A DNA stretch of 64,000 nt from Oceanispirochaeta sp. (GCA_963663385.2 CAXXXD010000004.1:320001-384000), one strand, 5' to 3'. Positions 46,763-57,281 are shown, numbered from the stretch's first letter. Notes: generated by a model not told the origin, from the sequence alone. Numbers and translations are program-made.

Positions 46763-48142
46763 ATGCGGAATTTCTCCATAAAAACAAAACTTGTTTATTC
46801 TCATATTATCCTGGCTCTGGGGGCTATCCTGCTTTTGGGGTTTCTCTCTCTTATGATCTCTCTCAGGATATTTAATAACAGGGAAAAGGACTATCTCAAT
46901 AGAATCGCCAAGGCTGTTGAACTGGATCTGGCCGGGTTTTACCAGGAGAATCCCGGCGGTGAAACCCTGGAGGATTTTCTCAGTATGAACGGGTTCCAGA
47001 ATAATGTGGCCCTCCGTATCCTTACCCCGGAGGGGGATCTGCTCGCTGAATCCCGGACATTGAAAAGGGATGACGGAGAAATCGGCGGTCCGGATGACCT
47101 GTATCCCCTCAAGACTGTTGTAAGGCAGATGCTTTTTTTACGCTCTCTGCAAGGGTATACACTGGAAGTCCTCCGGTACGATCAGTACTACTTTCACCCC
47201 ATATCCCTTTTGGTGGAAGGCATGGGGATCGCCGTATTGGCTGCTATTGTCGCCGCTGTATTCCTGGGAAGATTCATGGGGAAAAAAGTGGCAAGGCCTA
47301 TCATTGAGCTGGCTGACATGGCCAATGATCTTGAGAATCAGAAATGGGACTCACCGCTGCCGTCCTCAAACTCCTGGGAACTGGATGTCCTGGCTTCCAG
47401 TCTGGACAGGATGCGGCAGGAACTCTCCCTCAGTTTTCATAATCTGGAGGAGGAGCGGGATGTGATGAAGCGTTTCCTGCAGGATGCCTCCCATCAGCTG
47501 CGGACTCCGGTAACAGCATTGAGTTCTTTTCTGGAACTGTTGAGCAGTGATTTTCCCGGGATGGAGGACAGGAGGGATGAACTGGTGGAGGACTGCCGGG
47601 AGCAGGTACGTAAACTCAGCTGGATTATTACAGACCTGCTGAGTCTGATCCGTCTTGAATCTGCTTCTGATGAAGAGGACAGAGACGTTTTTTCTCTGAA
47701 AGAGAGCTGCCGCAGCGCCTGGGCGGGATTGCGTAAAGAGGCAGAGAAGAAGGCCCTCTTTCTGGATCTCTCCGGGCCTGCCTGCGAGATACGGGGAGAC
47801 AGTCGGCGGGCCGAAATGGCCATTTCGAATATTATGGAGAACGGGATTAAATGGTCCCGGCCGGGAAAGCGGCTGGAGGTGCGGCTTCATCAGAACAGCA
47901 GATCCTGTCATATTTTTGTCCGGGACCGGGGCTCCGGGATTCCGGAAGGGGACCTGCCCCGTATTTTTGACCGATTTTACAGATCTTCTGAATCAGAAGG
48001 AGAGGGAACGGGGCTAGGACTGGCTATCGTCAACTCCATTATGAATAAATGCGGAGGCACCGTGAATGCCGGAAACAGAAAGACCGGCGGGGCGTGGTTC
48101 GAGCTGATATTTCCCCTTGGACAGGAGCTGCAGAAAAAATGA
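46763..48142 (+). CDS. Sensor histidine kinase (HAMP-HisKA-HATPase)
   Basis: 2 TM; DASHQLRTP H-box; NIMENGIKW, DRGSGIP, IFDRFYR, GTGLGLAI. Confidence 0.92.
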   Translation: MRNFSIKTKLVYSHIILALGAILLLGFLSLMISLRIFNNREKDYLNRIAKAVELDLAGFYQENPGGETLEDFLSMNGFQNNVALRILTPEGDLLAESRTLKRDDGEIGGPDDLYPLKTVVRQMLFLRSLQGYTLEVLRYDQYYFHPISLLVEGMGIAVLAAIVAAVFLGRFMGKKVARPIIELADMANDLENQKWDSPLPSSNSWELDVLASSLDRMRQELSLSFHNLEEERDVMKRFLQDASHQLRTPVTALSSFLELLSSDFPGMEDRRDELVEDCREQVRKLSWIITDLLSLIRLESASDEEDRDVFSLKESCRSAWAGLRKEAEKKALFLDLSGPACEIRGDSRRAEMAISNIMENGIKWSRPGKRLEVRLHQNSRSCHIFVRDRGSGIPEGDLPRIFDRFYRSSESEGEGTGLGLAIVNSIMNKCGGTVNAGNRKTGGAWFELIFPLGQELQKK

Positions 48143-49560
48143 AAAAATCCCTGTTTACTCTGTTCCTGTTTGCTGTGATGTTTTTCTGTCTGGAGGCGGA
48201 GGTCCTGCTGGATCCCTGCTCTCTGAAGCTGAATCCAGGGGACTACCCTGACGGTCGTTTTTCTGCTGATATCCTGATCATAAACCATGATGACAGACCC
48301 TTGTCGCTGTCCTGTATGGTTGGAGAGGAGGACTGGCGGTTGTCCCCCGGGGAAATGACCCTGAAACCCGCAGAAGAGGCTGTTCTGACACTGGAAGGCT
48401 CTCTTCCGGGAGATGTCCCTGTTCCCATATTATTCCTTTCGGAGCGGGAGGATGTTCCCTATCTCTACAATGTAAGTCTTTTGAGTAATGTCCCGGATGT
48501 TCAGGAGGATATGATAGAGAAAACCGGGAGTGTTTTTGTTTTTTTTCATACCCCCGGCTGCAGGATCTGTGAGGAATTTTATAACGAACTGGTTCCCGGT
48601 CTTATCGCGGAGGGCAGGATCGATTCCAAACCCGAAAAGCTGAATATATACGACCCCGGGAATTATGAGCGGATGAATGATCTATTGGCAGATAGAGAAG
48701 ACCCGGGGGATCAGTTTCCCCTGCTGGTTATGGGGGATAGGGTTTTCCGGGGAGAGAAGAGTCTGTTTCATGATTTCCCCTCTTCTTTGGGGGACTCCGA
48801 CAGGACTCGAACCGGGCAGAGAGGAGAACTGAGCGGAGAGTCTGTACGAGTCAATCTGAACTGGATTCCTGTCTTTCTTGCCGGTTTACTGGATGGCATT
48901 AACCCCTGCGCTTTTACGACTCTGATTTTTCTGATCTCCTATCTCCGGTTACTGGGGCGAAAAGGACGAGAAGTCCTGAAAATCGGCTTGAGTTTTACTC
49001 TGGCTGTATTCATCAGTTATTTTCTGATCGGCCTTGGATTCTTTCAGGCCCTTCGTCTGGCTGAATCTTTTTCGCTGGTTTCAAGGATCATCCGACTGGG
49101 GATGATCGGGCTGCTGTTCTGTCTGGGCGGGATGAGCCTTCACGATTTCCTGCGGGTTCGTCAGGGACGGGAGAGTGATGCGGTTCTCCAGCTTTCCCGG
49201 GGGATGAAGCAGCGGATCCATAAAACCATCAGGCAGAAAAGCCGTTCCTCCTGGCTGATTCCGGGCAGCTTTGCTGCGGGAGTTCTTATCTCTCTGTATG
49301 AGCTGGGCTGTACCGGGCAGATATACCTGCCAATGATCGTGTATATGATAAAGCAGAAATTCAGCCTATCCGCTGTCGGCCTTCTGACTGTGTATAATGC
49401 CGGGTTCATTCTTCCTCTTCTGTTTGTATTTCTGCTTTTCTACAGAGGGATGGATTCCAATGCAATCGGACAGGTTTTTAGACGCCGTCTCCCTTATATC
49501 AAACTGGCCAGTGCCCTGCTGTTTTTCGGAATTGCCATTTTTCTTATACTGACAATTTGA
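48139..49560 (+). CDS. Thioredoxin-like plus CcdA/DsbD-beta membrane electron transporter fusion
   Basis: Signal peptide; CRIC motif; GLLDGINPCAF and YELGCTGQIYLP; start at ATGA overlap 48139. Confidence 0.8.
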   Translation: MKKSLFTLFLFAVMFFCLEAEVLLDPCSLKLNPGDYPDGRFSADILIINHDDRPLSLSCMVGEEDWRLSPGEMTLKPAEEAVLTLEGSLPGDVPVPILFLSEREDVPYLYNVSLLSNVPDVQEDMIEKTGSVFVFFHTPGCRICEEFYNELVPGLIAEGRIDSKPEKLNIYDPGNYERMNDLLADREDPGDQFPLLVMGDRVFRGEKSLFHDFPSSLGDSDRTRTGQRGELSGESVRVNLNWIPVFLAGLLDGINPCAFTTLIFLISYLRLLGRKGREVLKIGLSFTLAVFISYFLIGLGFFQALRLAESFSLVSRIIRLGMIGLLFCLGGMSLHDFLRVRQGRESDAVLQLSRGMKQRIHKTIRQKSRSSWLIPGSFAAGVLISLYELGCTGQIYLPMIVYMIKQKFSLSAVGLLTVYNAGFILPLLFVFLLFYRGMDSNAIGQVFRRRLPYIKLASALLFFGIAIFLILTI

Positions 49561-49582
49561 AAACAGACTTCGCTTCCGGTCT

Positions 49583-49942
49583 TCAGAGATCTTCCAGGAT
49601 CTCCGCGATGGCTTCATAACCGTTGTAATAATCATTGCCCAGAATAAGAAGAGGGAGGGAGCGGGAGATATCCGGAAGTTCCTTTTCTGTCAGAATCCTT
49701 TTCAGTTCTGTCCTGTTTCCCGGGTTGGCCATATTGTAAACGGCTCCGTTCCACTGGTCTTCTTTATTCAGATTAACGATTCTGGAACCCAGTTTTTCTG
49801 CCAGCTGGTAATCCTCGCAGGAAGGGCATGTCTCCATATAGAAAAAAACAAGGTCCCTGGCTTCCGGAGTATTATTGCTGCAACCGCTGTAAACAAGCGT
49901 CAGTAAATAAAATGTTACAAGACTGCTATGTTTTAGTTTCAT
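49583..49942 (-). CDS. Thioredoxin/glutaredoxin-fold lipoprotein
   Basis: Lipobox YSGC; FFYMETCPSC; SLPLLILG; alternative start 49957. Confidence 0.7.
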   Translation of the reverse strand: MKLKHSSLVTFYLLTLVYSGCSNNTPEARDLVFFYMETCPSCEDYQLAEKLGSRIVNLNKEDQWNGAVYNMANPGNRTELKRILTEKELPDISRSLPLLILGNDYYNGYEAIAEILEDL

Positions 49943-49990
49943 GGGAAAAGAATACATGTTCTAATGCTTTTATGATATAGTTAAACTCTT

Positions 49991-50596
49991 ATGAATCAGA
50001 AAAAGAAGGATCACGAAAAAAGCTCTGAGAAAATTATGCAGGCAGCTCTGAATGTTATCGCCAGGGAAAAAATCAGTGGAACAAGGATGCGGCATATTGC
50101 AGAAGAAGCCGGAATGAGTCAGGGAATCCTGCACTACTATTTCCATACAAAGAAAGAGCTTCTCTCCAAGCTGCTGGACTACATCCTCCTTCAGTTCCGC
50201 AGGGAAAGGAATATGGATTTTGCCGATTCAGACGGCACTTCCAAAGGAAAGATACATGCTTTCTTTGAAGAAAAAAAACGATCAATCAATAAGAGGAAAC
50301 TTGAATTTATTCAGTTTGATTTCTGGGTCCAGGGAACTACTGATCCTGAATTGCGGGAAAAAATTCAGAAATCCTATGATAATTGGCGATATAATTTATA
50401 TGAGGTGATAGAAGACGGGGTAAAAAAAGGGGAATTCAGAGCCGATAGGATTGAACAGGTTCCCGCTCTGACGGTTTCTCTGTTGATGGGTGGATCTGCT
50501 CAGTACCTGATTGATGATTCGGCCTTTGTTCTGGACTCCTATCTGGCCGCAGCGGAGGAAATGATCTATTCCTATTTAAGGTCTGATCGCGGCTAA
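49991..50596 (+). CDS. TetR-family transcriptional regulator
   Basis: TRMRHIAEEAGMSQGILHYYFHTKKEL HTH. Confidence 0.92.
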   Translation: MNQKKKDHEKSSEKIMQAALNVIAREKISGTRMRHIAEEAGMSQGILHYYFHTKKELLSKLLDYILLQFRRERNMDFADSDGTSKGKIHAFFEEKKRSINKRKLEFIQFDFWVQGTTDPELREKIQKSYDNWRYNLYEVIEDGVKKGEFRADRIEQVPALTVSLLMGGSAQYLIDDSAFVLDSYLAAAEEMIYSYLRSDRG

Positions 50597-50618
50597 ACCT
50601 CAGTTAGGGGAGGCGTGA

Positions 50619-52148
50619 TTGAGCGGTGAATCTGTAATTTACCATACCTCGGAAATTTGCTGTAGTCTGCATATAGACGGTCCAATGGAGACAACCCACT
50701 CGGGTCCTCTTTATATATTCAGAATTCTCTCAGGCGCCACTCTCTCAACACTGAAACTTGAAATTGATATCGAAAAGGATGACTCCGGTTGGTTCTGGTG
50801 GCCCAATAACGAAGGGGAACGGGGAAACCTGAGCGATATTTATACCCGCCTTGAAGATAAGGAAAACCAGACCAAAGGTGTTTCAGTCCTGTACCCTATC
50901 AGCGCTTCCTGCCGCACGATAATTATTGGTGATAGCGAGGGCGGGATAATTCTCAGTGCCATGCCCGATGAAAAGGGGAGGATCTCCCGTATCAATGTTA
51001 AAGCACCCTTTCATAACCGTGTATTCTTTACGGTAAAAAGCGGCCGGTCAAACTGGATTCTGACCCGTTTTTCCGGAGGTCCGGAAGATGCACTGGACTG
51101 GCTTGGAAAGATCATCCATAAGGTCAAATGGCCCCTCCCCGAAGAGAGTGAATTCCCCGGAAAGAACCTTCTTCAGGTTGGTCTGATTGGGCCGGATTAC
51201 GATTGCCTTGTCCCCAATGATGCAGGATTTAATGTGCTGGGAGATATTGCCGGTGTTATGAAAAAATGGCTGGGCCCCGGTAACTGGCTCCATGTATTCG
51301 GTTATGCTCATGGTCATGACATCCTTTACCCGGATTACACACCCTCCTCTTTTCTGGGAGGAGAGGAGCGCCTGAAAGAGGCTATTCATACGGTTCATCG
51401 AAAAGGCCAGAAAGTCAGTTTTTATATGAATCTGAGGATCGGCGACAAGAATCTGATAGATAATGATTTTGATTTGAAGAATGCTCTTTTTAAAGATCCC
51501 ATCGGGAAATCTGTGATTGAAAAAGCTCATGACCGCTCATTTTATGTGATGGATCCCCACTCGGAAGCCTGGAGGAACCGTGTGTTCAAGGAGGCGGAAC
51601 GTCTGGTCAGACTGGGGGCTGATGGTCTTGAGTTGAGCCATATCGGTCAGCAGTCTCTTCTTGTCCCTCTGGGTGAACAGTGGGGAGAGGGAATTAAGGT
51701 ACTGATGGACCGCATTCGTTCTCTGGGGGTAAAAATCTGGTATCGCGGTGGGAATGATCTTTATCCTGCTGATTGGCTTGAAATGAGCCGGGAAGAATAT
51801 GAAGTCGATTCAGACGGTCAGATCCATTGCGGCTGTAAAGTGGGCGAGTTTGATCCGCGGCTCTATATGACCCTTGTTCCCGGCCGCTCCTTTCTGGTTC
51901 CCCTCTCCCGTCTGAATACAATTCCCTTCCTTCCTCAGGACAGAATAATTAAGGATCTGGAAAATATCATGGGCGGTCTGTTTCTCTATGATGAAGAGTA
52001 TATGGAACGGATCGATATGATTCTGAAGCATTCCGCACAGGATGTAAGAGAAGAGGAGAATGCTTCCGGGGACGATGAAACGGTTGATTCTCCTGATACG
52101 GCTGAAATAGAAGAGCAGACAGAAAAAAATAATGTATCAGAACCCTGA
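50619..52148 (+). CDS. Hypothetical protein with glycoside-hydrolase-like TIM-barrel region (DUF6259-like)
   Basis: GHDILYPDY.P...LGGEERLKEAI..VH..GQKVSFYMN, MDPHSEAWR, LGADGL; no signal peptide; TTG start with GGAGG. Confidence 0.55.
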   Translation: MSGESVIYHTSEICCSLHIDGPMETTHSGPLYIFRILSGATLSTLKLEIDIEKDDSGWFWWPNNEGERGNLSDIYTRLEDKENQTKGVSVLYPISASCRTIIIGDSEGGIILSAMPDEKGRISRINVKAPFHNRVFFTVKSGRSNWILTRFSGGPEDALDWLGKIIHKVKWPLPEESEFPGKNLLQVGLIGPDYDCLVPNDAGFNVLGDIAGVMKKWLGPGNWLHVFGYAHGHDILYPDYTPSSFLGGEERLKEAIHTVHRKGQKVSFYMNLRIGDKNLIDNDFDLKNALFKDPIGKSVIEKAHDRSFYVMDPHSEAWRNRVFKEAERLVRLGADGLELSHIGQQSLLVPLGEQWGEGIKVLMDRIRSLGVKIWYRGGNDLYPADWLEMSREEYEVDSDGQIHCGCKVGEFDPRLYMTLVPGRSFLVPLSRLNTIPFLPQDRIIKDLENIMGGLFLYDEEYMERIDMILKHSAQDVREEENASGDDETVDSPDTAEIEEQTEKNNVSEP

Positions 52149-53066
52149 AAGTCTGATGAGGAACTCCCCGTCATAACGTGTGATCAGAAACGGATCGGGC
52201 ATACCTGCTTTTCGTACCAGGAAGCTGTCCCTGTTTTCCTGGAGGATGGTCAGTTCAATCTGTTCCATCTCTGAATCCCTGAATCTCATGAGAACTGTAA
52301 AAACTCCTTCCCGGGGGGCTTCCGTGCCGGTTTCAGCGGACATTTCAAAATCCAGGCATCTAAGCCCTGCCGCTCTTTTTACAAAACTGTTCAACTCCCG
52401 GGAGTCCGGGATAATACCATTGGCATCCCGCCATTCATTCCCCTCTCTCTCAATGGTTTTCACCTCTCCCCCTTTCAGAAAAATGAGGGAATCCAGAGCC
52501 TCTGCCTGAAAGTCCAGAACCTGTTTATCCCGGAATGAGGACGGATCCTGTCTCAGCTTGTTCTGAAGGGTGCCCCTGACTGTGTAGATCGAAGGGGTAT
52601 TTTCCTTTTTCATATAATAGTAGTGTCCGGATGGGGTAGGGCTGCCCAGACAGAACACCACTTTATCTGTGTTGTACTGGAGTACCAGTTCAACCCTTTT
52701 TTCTTCGTTCAGCCCGAATGTCTTATCCGAATCACCCTCTGCTATAAGATCGACGGGCTGTATCAGGGCAATTTCCCGCAGAAGCGCCTCCATCCGCCCC
52801 CTGTCCGCCGGTCTGTCCAGCGGGAGTATCCGCCATTCCGTTTCTCCATCCGTTTCCGATTGTTCCAGTTCATATATTCTTTTCTGTCCGGTTGTATCGG
52901 TATATCTTACCTGAATCAGCATCGGAACCTGATTTTTCCTCCTGGACCAATCGGGAAGGGATCTGATCCCACGGGGTCCGGGCTGAAGGGCCAGAAAAAC
53001 GGCGCAGATTAAAACCAGCGCTGCCAGAACACCCAATTCAAGAATCTTCCGTTCTTCAGGCTTCAT
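52137..53066 (-). CDS. DUF4340-domain protein
   Basis: N-terminal TM; FGL, LGSPTPSG..YY, FRDKQVL; typical last gene of Gld-like operons. Confidence 0.75.
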   Translation of the reverse strand: MKPEERKILELGVLAALVLICAVFLALQPGPRGIRSLPDWSRRKNQVPMLIQVRYTDTTGQKRIYELEQSETDGETEWRILPLDRPADRGRMEALLREIALIQPVDLIAEGDSDKTFGLNEEKRVELVLQYNTDKVVFCLGSPTPSGHYYYMKKENTPSIYTVRGTLQNKLRQDPSSFRDKQVLDFQAEALDSLIFLKGGEVKTIEREGNEWRDANGIIPDSRELNSFVKRAAGLRCLDFEMSAETGTEAPREGVFTVLMRFRDSEMEQIELTILQENRDSFLVRKAGMPDPFLITRYDGEFLIRLSGF

Positions 53067-54957
53067 GGCTTTCCTCCTTACGGTCCCTCGTCATACCGGT
53101 TGAGAAGAGATACAGAATCTGTTTTTGCCGTCTTTTCCTTTTCAGATAAGCCGCGAATCCCGTAAGGGCTACAAGGAGCGGGAGGGCCGTGCGGTTGATT
53201 TCTCTGAAAAGTATTTTCCCCCTTGTGGAAATCTCATTCAGGGGATTGTAGCTCTGTCCCTTGGAGCGGAGCTCTGCGTTGTCCGCATTGCCGCAGAGGA
53301 GGTCCATCAGATTCAGAACCATCATGGCATTGGGAGTGTTCCCGTCTTCATCCATAAAACTGTCTTCCAGGTAGGCTGATGAACCGGCCAGGAAGAGGGT
53401 TCCCCTCTCCGTACCGCCTTCGGAAAGGGCAGCCAGCGGATAGGAGGCTCTCTCTTCTCCAGATGGAGGGTGTATTCTCATGGGATTATACAAGTTGATA
53501 TTTTCTTTCATAAGCCAGGATTTCCCGGAGGAGGAAAAAAGGACGGAGGTTCCTTCTCCTGCAATAACCGGTGCTGTGTTCAAAGCTATCAGCCCCTGAA
53601 GGTTATTCATAGCCGGACTGGACAGGTTGATACTCTTTTTGCCGATAACCGGGGCATAGTAGACAGGCAGTTCTGTCAGTTGTCCGTTATCATCCTGAAT
53701 ATACCGGGAAAAACAGGACTCATCCAGCACATAGGCGGAATCAATGCTCAGGCCGAAAGGTTCGGTAAGAGTCATCAGCCCTGTTGCCTCCGGGATATAT
53801 TCCGGCAGTTCTCCCCGGGACAGAGCCTCTTCCGGGGGAAGAAGGGTGCGGTGGCTATCCTGGAACAGAGCCAGGGAGCCTCCGTTACGGATAAAGCGGT
53901 TCAGATCTTCCAGTTCCTGTTTGCTGAACCTGTCTGACGCTCCGGCTATGACCAGGAGGGGAACCGCCGAACGGGAAATATCGGAAACCTTCAAAGGTCT
54001 GATATCATAGTTTTCCGAAATCAGACGGCTGAAATTATTCAATCCGCCTTCTCCATAGAGGGGGAGGGTTCCATGGCTGGTAAGATACCCCAGAGTCCCG
54101 CCTGTTCCGAGCATCAGAGGGATGGCTTCATTCAGAAAGTCTCCTATCTCTGCAGGGGAGGGGATGCTGAACTCCCCGGACTGCCGGGGGATAAGGTCTC
54201 TTGTATAGGACCGTCCATTGCCCCGGATTGTCAGTTCTGCCCGTATGGCGTTTCCGGGAAGAGTTTCCTGTCTGAAATCGATCCTGTTGTACCAGGCGGG
54301 GCCGAGTTCCTCTACAAGATCTTCTATAAGACGGGGATACTCTTTCAATCCATCATCCAGCTGAAAGAATGCCCGGGAGAGGCCCAGATTGACAGATATG
54401 TCCTCCTCCAGGTCCAGCAGTTGTCCCGACTGTCTTGTCAGTTTTCTTAAAGCGGATGTTATTTTATATTCCAGGTTGCTCTCCGGGTTCAGTACGGGAA
54501 TGGTAAGCTGTCTGTTCCCCTGAAGAAAGACAACCCCCATTCTGGCATTTATCAGTTTCAGTTCATCCCCCTGGATATCCTGGACCGCAAAAGCCGGAAT
54601 TCCGTACTCTTCGGCTCTGTCGTGCATCTCTGTATCCCCGGATCCGGAGACTTTCAGTATCTCATAACTGAAGTACCGGTTCTTCTCAAGAGCGTAGGTT
54701 TCCATAAGGTCTTCAATCCCCCTGACAAGATTCCCGTAGGGCTGCGGCAGATTCTCCGACAGGAAAAAACGCAGGGTGACGGGTTCTTCCAGATCCTCCA
54801 GAGCCTTGCGGCTTATATCAGACAGAGTGTAGACTTTTTTATCTGTCAGGTCCGCCCGCAGGGGATAGAGGGACGCTATCCTGTTTATCAGGAGTATCAG
54901 CACCAGAGTGAGGACAAGCCTGATAATCCTGTAAAGGGAGGGGCTAATTCTTATCAT
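53056..54957 (-). CDS. GldG-family ABC auxiliary component
   Basis: RADLTDKKVYTLS, LEYKITSAL, GYLTSHG, NGGSLALF, LNLMDLL..LRSK. Confidence 0.85.
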   Translation of the reverse strand: MIRISPSLYRIIRLVLTLVLILLINRIASLYPLRADLTDKKVYTLSDISRKALEDLEEPVTLRFFLSENLPQPYGNLVRGIEDLMETYALEKNRYFSYEILKVSGSGDTEMHDRAEEYGIPAFAVQDIQGDELKLINARMGVVFLQGNRQLTIPVLNPESNLEYKITSALRKLTRQSGQLLDLEEDISVNLGLSRAFFQLDDGLKEYPRLIEDLVEELGPAWYNRIDFRQETLPGNAIRAELTIRGNGRSYTRDLIPRQSGEFSIPSPAEIGDFLNEAIPLMLGTGGTLGYLTSHGTLPLYGEGGLNNFSRLISENYDIRPLKVSDISRSAVPLLVIAGASDRFSKQELEDLNRFIRNGGSLALFQDSHRTLLPPEEALSRGELPEYIPEATGLMTLTEPFGLSIDSAYVLDESCFSRYIQDDNGQLTELPVYYAPVIGKKSINLSSPAMNNLQGLIALNTAPVIAGEGTSVLFSSSGKSWLMKENINLYNPMRIHPPSGEERASYPLAALSEGGTERGTLFLAGSSAYLEDSFMDEDGNTPNAMMVLNLMDLLCGNADNAELRSKGQSYNPLNEISTRGKILFREINRTALPLLVALTGFAAYLKRKRRQKQILYLFSTGMTRDRKEESHEA

Positions 54958-55654
54958 TCAGAACCTCCCTGAGCAGGGTGAAGCTGACAAAGTCGGCAGA
55001 CAGAAAGTAGAGCAGGTCTCTTGTATCCAGTATACCCCTGGTAAAGCTGTCAAAGCGGGTATCCGTGCTTAATGTTTCGATCAGGATCCTTGCTTTACCG
55101 TTAAGCAGGACTCCCATCTCATCCAGTAAGGCAAAACTCAGGCAGATACCTGCGGAAAAGATAAAAGCCGTTACCTGACTGTCTGTCGCAGAAGAACAGA
55201 GCAGGCCGATTGCGGCACAGCTGCTCCCCAGTAACAGGGCGCCCGCATAACCTCCCCATACCGGCCCCCAGTCCAGTGTCCCGATAAGGGATATACACAA
55301 GGGGTAGGAGAGCGTCGGCAGGAGCATCAGGATCAGAAATATCAGTACCGCCAGGAATTTCCCCAGGATAATCCCCCCGGTGGAAAGGGGGAGGGTTTTA
55401 AGAATCTCATAATGCCCCGAGGCAGACTCTCCGGCAAACTGCCCCATGGTCAGGGCCGGGATAAGCAGTGCATAGGTAAGGGGCAGGATTGTAAAGAAGT
55501 CCCGCATATCCGCTCTGCCTGTCAGAAAGAAGGGAATAATGAAAAACCATCCGCTGAGAAGGAGGAACAGGATCCCCGTAATATAGGCCAGAGGAGAATT
55601 CAGATAGAGGCTCAGTTCCCTTTTGACAAGGGCTGTAACGGGATTAGTCTTCAT
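54944..55654 (-). CDS. GldF-like ABC-2 permease
   Basis: KRELSLYLNSPLAY, IPALTM..FAGE, LKTLPL, RGILDTRDLLYF; start 55654 with SD. Confidence 0.88.
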   Translation of the reverse strand: MKTNPVTALVKRELSLYLNSPLAYITGILFLLLSGWFFIIPFFLTGRADMRDFFTILPLTYALLIPALTMGQFAGESASGHYEILKTLPLSTGGIILGKFLAVLIFLILMLLPTLSYPLCISLIGTLDWGPVWGGYAGALLLGSSCAAIGLLCSSATDSQVTAFIFSAGICLSFALLDEMGVLLNGKARILIETLSTDTRFDSFTRGILDTRDLLYFLSADFVSFTLLREVLNDKN

Positions 55655-56591
55655 ACAGTTCTCCCCCTGTTGCCTCACGGAATACATCCTCCAGGGACTT
55701 CTGCTGTTTTGTCATCCCCAGAAGAAGCCAGTCTTTCTTTTTAATAAGACTGTAGAGTTCCATGCGTATATCTTTTCGGGACTTAACTGAAATCAGGCAG
55801 TGTCCATTCCGGTTTTCTCCGGCAGACAGCTGCAGATCCAGAATCCCCTCCAGTTTACTTAAACCGTTCCGGAACTCCCCGGGCTCGGCTCCGGCCAGTT
55901 CCAGTTTGACCAGCTGTTCCCTGTCGTTCTGTCCCCTGAGCTGATCATGGGTCCCCTCTGCGACTATCCGTCCTCTGTTGATAATGGCTATCCTGTCGCT
56001 CACCGCCTCTGCCTCTCTCAGTATATGAGTTGATAATATGACAGTTTTATAACGTCCCAGTTCCCGCAGGAGTATCCGGAATTCCATGATCTGATTCGGG
56101 TCGAGACCACTGGCCGGTTCATCCAGGATAAGAATCTCCGGATCTCCTGTCAGGGCCGCCGCCAGTCCTACCCTCTGCCTGTATCCTTTGGAAAGGGATC
56201 TGATTGTCTGGTGCATAACCGATTCGATATTGCACAGGCCGCCTACCCTTTCGACTTCCTGAAGGATATCCCTGCTGTCAAGACCTTTCATCTCTCCCCT
56301 GTGCCAGAGGTAATCGAAGGCAAACATAGTATCAAGAAGGGGTGCTGACTCGGGAAGATACCCCAGCATTCTTTTGGCATATTGAGGCTTTTCAGCCATA
56401 TTGATGCGGTTCAGCAGAACCCGTCCGGATGACGGCTTGATACTCCCTGTCAGCATTTTAAGTGTGGTTGTTTTACCGGCGCCATTCGGTCCCAGCAGGG
56501 TCAGGATCTCCCCTTTTTCTACTGTGAGAGTCAAATCCTTAACAGCTTCCAGAGGCCCGTAGTTTTTTGAAAGCTGCTGTGCTTCTATCAT
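55644..56591 (-). CDS. GldA-like ABC ATP-binding protein
   Basis: GPNGAGKTT, LSKGYRQRVGLA, LDEPASGLDPNQI. Confidence 0.92.
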   Translation of the reverse strand: MIEAQQLSKNYGPLEAVKDLTLTVEKGEILTLLGPNGAGKTTTLKMLTGSIKPSSGRVLLNRINMAEKPQYAKRMLGYLPESAPLLDTMFAFDYLWHRGEMKGLDSRDILQEVERVGGLCNIESVMHQTIRSLSKGYRQRVGLAAALTGDPEILILDEPASGLDPNQIMEFRILLRELGRYKTVILSTHILREAEAVSDRIAIINRGRIVAEGTHDQLRGQNDREQLVKLELAGAEPGEFRNGLSKLEGILDLQLSAGENRNGHCLISVKSRKDIRMELYSLIKKKDWLLLGMTKQQKSLEDVFREATGGELYED

Positions 56592-56756
56592 ATTGAGTTA
56601 ACCTCTTCTCCCTTTTGCGGATTCTATATGAAAAAATACCTTTACTGGAAAGAAGTTACAATGTGGATTCGGGGGAAGAATACGCTTTTTCTGGATTGTG
56701 GTTGTAAAATAGGATATATTATAGATATATGGTTTTTTGTATATAAGGAGCAGTGC

Positions 56757-57281
56757 ATGAAAATAAAAATACTATTTGCAGGACTTATGACTATATTGGT
56801 TTTAAGCGCCCTCTCTGCCGAGACCTATCCTCCCGAAGGATGGACTACGGATATTCTTGCGGCTATCGCCGAATCCGAGAAAACAGGAAAGGATATTCTT
56901 CTGAACTATACGGGTTCCGACTGGTGTGTATGGTGTCACCGGCTGCGGGACGAAGTTTTTGATACGGGAACATTTAAATCCTATGCCGAAGAGAATCTGA
57001 TTCTTGTTTTTCTGGACTTTCCCAACAGTATTGATCAAAGCAAAGAACTGGTTGAACAGAATCAGACCATGGCCAGTCTGTTTGGTGTGCAGGGATTCCC
57101 CACTATCTGGCTGATGGATTCCGAACAGGTTCCCGTTCTTCAGACCGGATACCTGGAGGGGGGGGCCGAAGCTTTTATCAGGACCCTCGAAACTAACAGG
57201 GTTGATCTGGATGAGGCAAAACGCCTGGAATTTCAAACCATTGTACGGGAAGGAATAAGGGGGAATATCGGGACCTGGTAG
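56757..57281 (+). CDS. Exported thioredoxin-family protein (DsbH-like)
   Basis: ATG 56757 with AAGGAG; signal peptide; YTGSDWCVWC, VQGFPTI. Confidence 0.88.
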   Translation: MKIKILFAGLMTILVLSALSAETYPPEGWTTDILAAIAESEKTGKDILLNYTGSDWCVWCHRLRDEVFDTGTFKSYAEENLILVFLDFPNSIDQSKELVEQNQTMASLFGVQGFPTIWLMDSEQVPVLQTGYLEGGAEAFIRTLETNRVDLDEAKRLEFQTIVREGIRGNIGTW

